Assembly (NCBI RefSeq): GCF_009914755.1
Contig: NC_060941.1
Reading direction: 5' to 3' (one strand)
Source of the DNA: the human T2T-CHM13v2.0 reference genome, Homo sapiens
DNA: 64,000 nucleotides
In this document: in pieces, positions 1-64,000 of the stretch
How the letters are laid out: every line of letters begins with the position of its first letter
Numbering within the stretch: position 1 is the first letter of the stretch
Translations under genes and position numbers: made by a program
The notes under the pieces: model-generated
The model's input: only the letters and a program-made list of their open reading frames with translations
The model's database searches: none
Told to the model about the DNA's origin: nothing

Positions 1-12770
<12,770 letters not shown>

Positions 12771-13367
12771 TGCACCGTGCCCCTTCCCGGGACTGTGGGG
12801 GCTTCTGTGTGCCTGTTAATGCAGTCCTGTTCCTCAGCCCAGGCCCTCTTGGCACAGCTGTGGGCTCCTTGGCACATGAGGCCGGCTCTCCCCACTGGCT
12901 GGGGTCTAACCTTGAACCCTCACCACGTGCAGGTCACACACAGTGAAGCCACTTGTAACTGCACACTTTTCTGTGGAAACATCTTCACCCTTTACCAGGC
13001 TTGGCATGGTCTGAACTGGAAACCCTGAGAATGTTTCTGCAGTAGGACAGGAGGGACATCTTCCCATGCCTTCCCTAGAACCGGAGGCCCCGGACTTCTC
13101 TGGAAAACCGCCTGTCTGCAGGCCCGATTCAAATCTATGGGGGCTGCACTTCCCTTTTACATTTTGATGTGTCAAAGGCTTTTGGAGTGACCAAAAGCAC
13201 AGAGGCAGCGGGTGGGGCGCCTGGGTGGTCCCCAAGGTCGCTGCCACCCTTGCCCGGGGCAGAGGCATAAGCCCACATATGCTGTGACGCTGGCCACCTT
13301 TTCTCAGCTTCTGAGGCTGCGATGCCTCAGGAACTCCAGTTTACAGAGACCAGTGTGTTTACTTGTA

Positions 13368-13373
13368 AATAAA
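13368..13373 (+). terminator. CARD14: CARD14 proximal poly(A) signal AATAAA
   Basis: tgtaAATAAA ~600 nt after the stop codon. Confidence 0.6.
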
Positions 13374-13728
13374 GCCTCTGGGTGGTGGAGACGGTACTTT
13401 CAGTGGGTCTGTGCCCCGTGGCCCCTGTGCCTGTTCGGTGGGGGTGTCCCAGAGAAGCCTGGCACCAGTACCCCCGTACAAGGCCCAGCGGACTCTGCCT
13501 TCCCCTGACCTGGCTTTGCACCCCAGCCCTTCTTGGGCCAAACATCTTTACTCCACCTTCAGGGCTCGGGGAGGACCCAGGTCCCCCAGCACCTGGCCTT
13601 GCCCCTGCCTCCTGGGGCTGTTGCAGACTGAATGTCATTTTGACAGCAGTGTCCAAGAATCAGGAAGCTGTTCTAGAATTCAGGTTGGTATCATCATAAA
13701 TGAGTTCAGAAAAAGAACTTCTGTATAT

Positions 13729-13734
13729 TTTACT
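13729..13734 (-). terminator. SGSH: SGSH poly(A) signal (variant AGTAAA)
   Basis: tttact on + = AGTAAA on -; UGUA upstream (taca 13750-13753) and U-rich sequence downstream on -. Confidence 0.6.
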
Positions 13735-13736
13735 AA

Positions 13737-13742
13737 AATAAA
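13737..13742 (+). terminator. CARD14: CARD14 distal poly(A) signal AATAAA
   Basis: AATAAA with upstream TGTA at 13722. Confidence 0.7.
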
Positions 13743-13934
13743 AAGCTTTTACAATAGCTGGCCTGTGGCCTCCTCCAGCCCACCCCAGTATGGAGTGATA
13801 GGGAGGGAAGGGCAAGGGGAGCCCACCTACTCAAGGAAGCGCCCTCTCCTTCGAGGGGTGTCCAGGCCGAGGGGTGTCCAGGCCGGGCTTCTGCTCCCGA
13901 GGTGGGTGGAGGCAGGGCAGGAACGGCACATTCT

Positions 13935-14162
13935 CCCAGCAACGCCGACGTCATCCAAGAATTAACCCAAGCCAGAGGACGGGCATCGCCACCCAGCAAC
14001 GCCAGTGTCACCGAAGAATTAGCCCAAGCCAGAGGACGGGCATTGCCACCCAGCAACGCCAGTGTCACCGAAGAATTAACCCAAGCCAGAGGACGGGCAT
14101 CACCACCCAGCAATGCCAGTGTCACCGAAGAATTAACCCAAGCCAGAGGACGGGCATCGCCA
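13935..14162. repeat. 57-bp VNTR, 4 copies, in the SGSH 3' UTR
   Basis: Units start at 13935, 13992, 14049, 14106. Confidence 0.95.
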
Positions 14163-14876
14163 TGCCTTCATCTTCGGACACTCTCAAAAAAGATAAGCTT
14201 CTGCCCAGAAACACCACAGGTTCAAGCTCATCACTCAGGGAGCCTGCTGCCAATCAGCTGAAACCTGCCTGGGGAACAGGGACTTGACCATGGGGCAAAA
14301 CAGAAGAAGCAGAAACCTGCCCAAAGGTCGCTCAAAGGCTTCCTCTAGGCCAGACGCTGGTAAGAGCCAGGCGCCGTGCTCCCAGGTGAGTGTCGGTGGG
14401 ACCTGCGTACTGCCCACGCGGCACCGAAGCCCCTGCCTGCTCTCTGTGAAGGGTTCAGAAGTATCTGTGGCTGCCAAAGCCTGAAGAGGGCCTCAGGCCT
14501 CCCATTTGCAGGTCCCCAAACCAAGCCAGAAAACAAGACTCCCTTGTCATGGGCTGGGGGCACTGCCCTGTCCGCAGACCACGTATGTCTAGAATTCCCG
14601 TGCTGGGACATGGTTCAGACACAAGGACAACTGTGTCCCCTGCCATGACGGCAGTGCCCCTGGTGGTGGAGGGGCTGGGCACATGCTCTGGTCACATGCT
14701 CTGGTCCCCCTCCAGGCAATGGCAAGAGTGACCCCACAGGAAGGAAGAACCCTCCTTGGATGGGAGTGTGGACGGAAGGGCTGTTGCCACTACTCCCCAG
14801 GCTGGCCGGCCACACGGACACGTGTGGGATGTGTCTGGGACATGCCTGGGATGTGTGCACAGGCCTCCTGGGATGG

Positions 14877-25307
<10,431 letters not shown>

Positions 25308-25981
25308 TTAACCGGGCGCCTCTGATGTCCTCCCAGAAGCAACTAGAACTCCAGGGCTGTGAAAGCCACAGGTGGGGGCTGAGCGAGGCGTGGCCTCAGG
25401 AGCGGAGGACCCCCCCACTCTCCCTCGAGCGCCGCAGTCCACCGTAGCGGGTGGAGCCCGCCTTGGTGCGCAGTTGGAAAACCTCGGAGCCCCGCTGGAT
25501 CTCCTGGCTGCCACCCGCACCCCCCGCCAGCCTACGGTGCGCCCGCGGGCCCAGCTTCTCTCTGCGCTGCTCCCCGTTAAATTCCCTGGGGAGACGGAAA
25601 AAAAGGCAAAGGAAGTCGGTTCTCCAGGGGCCAGAAGTGTTGAGCCTAATTAGTCTTCAGACTTCTCAATGAGGAATCGCTTATCAGTTTCTTATCTGGG
25701 AGAGTTGAGGATGGAGGGACAGAAGGCACCCAGGATTTGCACGGGGGGGATTCAGGGAGAGAGGGTGATGAGGGACGGGGTGGGCCTTCCAGTCTTGGCC
25801 CAGTCCCCATCTTGCACACATTGTTGGCTTCCTCTTAGAGCCGTTCGCCCCCCTGGGGAGGGGAGACCCATAGTGACCTCTCCTGACACCCGCCGACCCT
25901 GACCAGTGTTGCCGGGTTCTTCAAAGGCCACGCTCTGACTGCTGGTCTGTGTCACCTGCACCCCCCAGCCCCACCGTAGAG

Positions 25982-57153
<31,172 letters not shown>

Positions 57154-57915
57154 TGGGGCCACCCGTGGGCATCCACAGTTTGCAGGGTGTTCCGGAAGGT
57201 TCTTGTCACTGTGATTGGATGCTGGATGCCGCCTGATAGACATGCTGGCCTGGCTGAGAAACCCCTGAGCAGGTAACCCAGGGAAGAGAAGGAAGCCAGG
57301 CCTGGAGGTCCACGGCAGTGGGAGTGGGGCTCACTGGCTTCCTGTGGGATGACTGGAAAATGACCTCGCTGCTGTTCCCTGGCATGACCCTCTTTGGAAG
57401 AGTGGTTTGGAGAGAGCCTTCTAGAATGACAGACTGTGCGAGGAAGCAGGGGCAGGGGTTTCCAGCCCGGGCTGTGCGAGGCATCCTGGGGCTGGCAGCA
57501 CCTTCCCGGCTCACCAGTGCCACCTGCGGGGGAGGGACGGGGCAGGCAGGAGTCTGGGAGGCGGGTCCGCTCCTCTTGTCTGCGGCATCTGTGCTCTCCG
57601 AGAGAAAACCAAGGTGTGTCAAATGACGTCAAGTCTCTATTTAAAAATAATTTTGTGTTTTCTAAATGGAAAAAGTGATAGCTTTGGTGATTTTGTAAAA
57701 GTCATAAATGCTTATTGTAAAAAATACAGGAAACCACCCCTCACCCTGTCCACTTGGGTGATCATTCCAGACCCCTCCCCAAACATGCATATGTACCTGT
57801 CCGTCAGTGTGTGGATGTATGTTTACAGTTCTACATAAATGGGATCATTTTATACATGGTGCTCTGGAACCCACATTTTTCATGCAGTCATTTGCAGTGA
57901 ATTATTTATTGTGAT

Positions 57916-57921
57916 AATAAA
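57916..57921 (+). terminator. SLC26A11: SLC26A11 poly(A) signal AATAAA
   Basis: AATAAA ~760 nt after the stop, in U-rich context with GU-rich sequence downstream. Confidence 0.75.
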
Positions 57922-58014
57922 TAGCATTAGAATACAAGATTTTTAATGTCTGCGTGGTATTTTGGTCTATATATGCATCATAATTGACTTACCGAGCCCT
58001 CTGTTCAACGTGTG

Positions 58015-58375
58015 CGTGGGTTAGAGACGGGATCGTGCCTCCTTTAGATGTGTCAGTTGAAGCCCTTGCCCTCTATGTGACTGCGTTTGGAAACAGGGCT
58101 TTTAGGGGGTAACTAGGTTTAATGAAGGTCATAAAGGTGGGCCCTGAACCGATAGCTTTAGTGTCCTCGTGAGAAGAGACGCCAGAGAGCTCGTTCTCTG
58201 CACCCTCACACCCCAGGGAACTCCATGAGAGGACACGGCAAAACCAGGCCATGCGCCCACCAGGAAGAAAGGCCTCATGAGGACCCCAGCCTCCAAAACT
58301 GGGAGAAGATGAATCTCTGTGCTAGGCCCCGCAGCCTGGGGTGATCTGTGACGGCGGCCTGAGCAGGTGAGGACT
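58015..58375 (+). mobile_element. MLT1A-type LTR
   Basis: gttgaagccct..tgtgactg..tttgga; ggtcataa.ggtgggccctga; ccagcctccaaaactg.gagaa. Confidence 0.7.
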
Positions 58376-58668
58376 GCCTGCATGTTTGTATTTTTATGAA
58401 TGCTTTGATTGAGTCTGGGGGTAAATCCCTGGAGGCCTGTGGCAGCCTCAGAGGTGTGTTCTCCCTGCACTTTCTTCAAGAAGAATGTGGCCTGCCCTGC
58501 TGAGCCTCGTTCTGCCCGTTCTGCCCGGGCAGTCCCGGCCAATGTCAGCGCAGCAAGGGGAGGGCCTCTGTAACCAGGGCTGCTGGCTGCGGGGCTCCCC
58601 ACTGGACACGGGAGCGGACATTGGAGTGTCCTTCATCCGCGTCACTCTTCCAGGTCCCTTGCCTCCCA

Positions 58669-58822
58669 TTTTCCTTCCTTCCTTCCTCTTTCTTTCCTTC
58701 CTTCCTTTCCTCCCTTGCTCCCTTCCTTTTCTTTCTTCCTTCCGTTTTTCTTTCCTTTCTTCCTTCCTTTCTTTTTTTCCTTCCCGTTCTCCCTTTCTTC
58801 CTCCCTCCACCCCTTTCTTCTC
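58669..58822. repeat. (CCTT/CTTT)n polypyrimidine tract at the tail of a - strand Alu (58825-59057)
   Basis: Direct reading. Confidence 0.85.
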
Positions 58823-59538
58823 ACTGTGTTCCCCAGGCTGGTCTTCAACTCCTGGGCTCAAGCAATCCTCTTGCCTCAGCCTCTGGTGTGGCTGGGACCA
58901 CAGACACATGCCACCGCGCCAGGCTAATTTGTTAATTTTTTTTATAGAGACAGGGTCTCACTTTGTTTCCCAGGCTCGTCTCAAACTCCTGGGCTCAAGT
59001 GATACTCCAGCTTCAGCCTGAAGTGCTGGAATTAAGGTGTGAGCCACCATGCCTGGCCCTCTCTCATTCACAAGTGAACCGTTCACCCCTGCCCTCCAAT
59101 CCATGTCGTTTCTGACCTCAGGCAGCTTCTCTTTCTACATAAAGTGAACCTGTCCCAAAGCTGTGCTCACTGGGCCCCCCTGCCAGGGCTGGAAGAGGCA
59201 GCAGTTCACATTTGGCTTGCACTCACATACCAAGGGCATCCATGCTTGAACCTAGACATGGTTCATTCACAGGGATGGGTGAAGGTAAACAGACTGTGGC
59301 GGGCACTAGGCACTATCAGTTTCATAAATCTGCATACCACCTGTGACTCAGCAGTTATGCTTCTCGGAATCTACTCAAACATGCTTGAGTCAGCCTTCCA
59401 GGAAGCAGGCACAAGGACGTTTGTGACAACTTGGTCAGTAATTTTAAGAAGTAGGAAGAAACCTGAGTTTCTCTGAATTCGGTAACATCTTGACTGTAGG
59501 ACACACGAATAATGCCGTGGAATATTGTGCAGCAGTTA

Positions 59539-59721
<183 letters not shown>

Positions 59722-60068
59722 TCAAAAAAAAAAAAAAAAAAAAAAAGAGAAATGAGGTGAAGCTTTAAGTTGTAACACTGATTTTGGGGTGCAATAAAGC
59801 AAGTTGCAGAATGATACCCATGTTAAGATGCTATTTGAGTGAACACACGGACCAAACAATTCTATGTTGGGTACAAATTTAAGAAAGAGTTCTGGGCTGG
59901 GCACGGTGGCTCACAACTGTAATCCCAGCACTCTGGGAGGGTGAGTCGGATGGATCAGGAGGTCAGGACTTCTAGACTAGCCTGGCCAATATGGTGAAAC
60001 CCCATCTCTACTAAAAATACAAAAATTAGCCAGGCGTGTTGGCGCGTGTCTGGAGTCCCAGCTACTCA

Positions 60069-60263
<195 letters not shown>

Positions 60264-60379
60264 TCACTTGAGCCTGGGGGGGTCGAGGCTGCAGTGAGTC
60301 CTGATTGTGTCACTGAAATCCAGCCTGGGCAACAGAGTGAGACCCCATCTCAAAAAAAAAGAGAAAAAAGAAAATAGAG

Positions 60380-62365
<1,986 letters not shown>

Positions 62366-62367
62366 TT

Positions 62368-62456
62368 TGAAGACTAAACTCTGATTTTTTTTATCTTGCC
62401 CAAATTCCTACCTAAGGCGTCTGGGGAGTCATACTTTACAAACCATACGTTCTCAG
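62368..62456 (+). mobile_element. MER4D/E-type ERV1 LTR, 5' fragment
   Basis: tga.gactaa.ctctgattttttt.atcttgcccaaattccta.ctaagg.gtctggggagtcat (recalled consensus start). Confidence 0.7.
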
Positions 62457-62844
62457 TGTCAAGCGTGTCCGTGTGAAGAGACCACCAAACAGGCTTTGTG
62501 TGAGCAATAAAGCTTTTTAATCACCTGGGTGCAGGCGGGCTGAGTCTGAAAAGAGAGTCAGTGAAGGGAGATAGGGGTGGGGCCATTTTATAGGATTTGG
62601 GTAGGTAGTGGAAAATTACAGTCAAAGGGGGTTGTTCTCTGGCTGGCAGGGGTGGGGGATACAAGGTGCTCAGTGGGCCAGGATGAGCCAGGAGAAGGAA
62701 TTTCACAAGGTAATGTCATCAGTTAAGGCAGAAACAGGCCATTTTCACTTCTTTTATGATTCTTCAGTTACTTCAGGCCATCTGGATGTATACGTGCAGG
62801 TCACAGGGGATATGATGGCTTAGCTTGGGCTCAGAGGCCTGACA
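62457..62844 (-). mobile_element. Solo LTR7-family (HERV-H) LTR, 388 bp
   Basis: - strand begins tgtcaggcctctgagcccaagctaagccatcatatcccctgtgacctgcacgtatacatccagatggcctgaag; TATA (cctataaaa); ends ..tgaca. Confidence 0.9.
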
Positions 62845-63115
62845 CATGGCCTGTGACAGAGCCCTCAGGAGGCCCTGAGAACATGTGCCAAGGAGGTTGG
62901 GTGCAGCTTGGTTTATACATTTTAAGGAAGCGTCAGACATCAATCAAATGCATTTGAGAAATACATTGATTTGGTCCAGAAAGGCAGGAAAATTTGAAGC
63001 GGTGGGGGCAGGGGGCTTCCAGGCTGTAGGTAAATTTAAACATTTTCTGGTTTACAATTGGTTGAGTTTATCTAAAGACCTGGGATTAATAGTAAGGAAA
63101 TGTTCAGGTTAAGAT
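62845..63115 (-). mobile_element. MER4D/E-type ERV1 LTR, 3' fragment (inverted relative to the 5' fragment)
   Basis: - strand tatcttaacctgaacatttcct..aaactcaaccaattgt.aaccagaaaatgtttaaatttacc..gggctctgtcacaggccatg. Confidence 0.72.
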
Positions 63116-63486
63116 AGAACACCGTGCTGAGCAGCACTCCGGCCCAGCACCATTACGTGGGCAAGAGGCAAAGCTCCAAGGGCTTAGTGTACCTGCTGCA
63201 GCAGCTGGTAGGGGCAGACTGTGATCACAGAGACAGCACTGTCCCGCAGAAAAATCATGCAAGCCACCAACGTGAGCCATGCAAGTCATTTAAACATTTC
63301 GACTAGTCATACTGAAAAAGTCAAAAGAAACAGTTGAAATTAACTGTTTAGAGACAAAGTCTCACTCTGTCGCCAGGGCTGGAGTGCAGTGGTGCAGTCA
63401 AGATTGGTGGGAGGAAAAAGCAGGTTTTAATTGGAGACCCAGCAAAGCGAGAAGATGCCCAACTAGCGTTCTAAAGTGTCACCTTG

Positions 63487-64000
63487 GCTGGGCGCAGTGG
63501 CTCATGCCTGTAATTCCAGCACTTTGGGAGGCCAAGGCAGGTGGATCACCTGAGGTCAGGAGTTTGAGACCACCCTGGCCAACATGGAGAAACCCCGTCT
63601 CTACTAAAAATACAAAAATTAGCCAGGCTTGGTGGCGGGCGCTTGTAATCCCAGCTACTCGGGAGGCTGAGGCATGAGAATCACTTGAACTGGGAGGTGG
63701 AGTTTGCAGTGAGCCAAGATCACGCCACTGCACTCCAGCCTGGGGTATAGAGTGAGACTGTCTCCAAAAAACAAACAAACAATAAATAAAGTGCCACCCT
63801 AAAATTAAAAATTTATCCTCAGGTTTTGTGTGTTTGTTAGTTTTTGAGGCAAGATCTCACTTTGTCATCCAGGCTGGAGTGCAGTGGTATGATCACGACT
63901 CACTGCAGCCTGGAGCTCCCTGGGCTCAAACGATCCTCTTGCCTCAGCCTCTTCAGGTGCACCACCACGCCCAGCTAATTTTTTTAAATGATTTTTTTTG
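63487..64000. mobile_element. AluS (63487-63790 +) and partial Alu (63830-64000 -)
   Basis: Alu consensus. Confidence 0.88.

Noticed and set aside
13935-14162. CRISPR-like array
   Set aside because: Units are contiguous with no unique spacers, and the DNA is human
13733-14287. Repetitive ORFs on both strands (ELTQARGRASPPSNASVT, TLALLGGDARPLAW)
   Set aside because: By-product of a 57-bp (19-codon) VNTR in a 3' UTR
58448-59021. Lys/Glu/Arg-rich and Phe/Leu/Ser-rich ORFs
   Set aside because: Translation of a (CTTT/CCTT)n Alu-tail microsatellite

Overview
Human genomic DNA (GC-rich, very Alu-dense), recognisable as the chr17q25.3 CARD14-SGSH-SLC26A11 locus. It contains three genes. (1) The 3' half of CARD14 on +: 11 coding exons, the first truncated by the window edge, covering linker/PDZ/SH3/GUK, stop at 12768-12770. 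(2) The complete SGSH sulfamidase gene on -: 8 exons, 1509-nt CDS, 502 aa. (3) The complete SLC26A11 anion/sulfate transporter on +: 16 coding exons, 1821-nt CDS, 606 aa. I reconstructed all exon phases by hand and they join in frame. SGSH is head-to-head with SLC26A11 across a CpG island centred on a CLEAR-like E-box, and tail-to-tail with CARD14 through back-to-back poly(A) signals. The last ~6 kb is intergenic with nested MLT1/MER57/MER4/LTR7/Alu elements; from recalled gene order RNF213 starts just beyond the right edge. I found no new gene family. The notable observations are regulatory or structural: the sulfatase/sulfate-transporter promoter module, twin bidirectional poly(A) cassettes, candidate cryptic/poison exons, three old local duplications in SLC26A11, a truncated and internally deleted SVA, several VNTRs, and a CARD14 Ile585 allele. 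Repeat family names come from recalled consensus sequences, not a database search.
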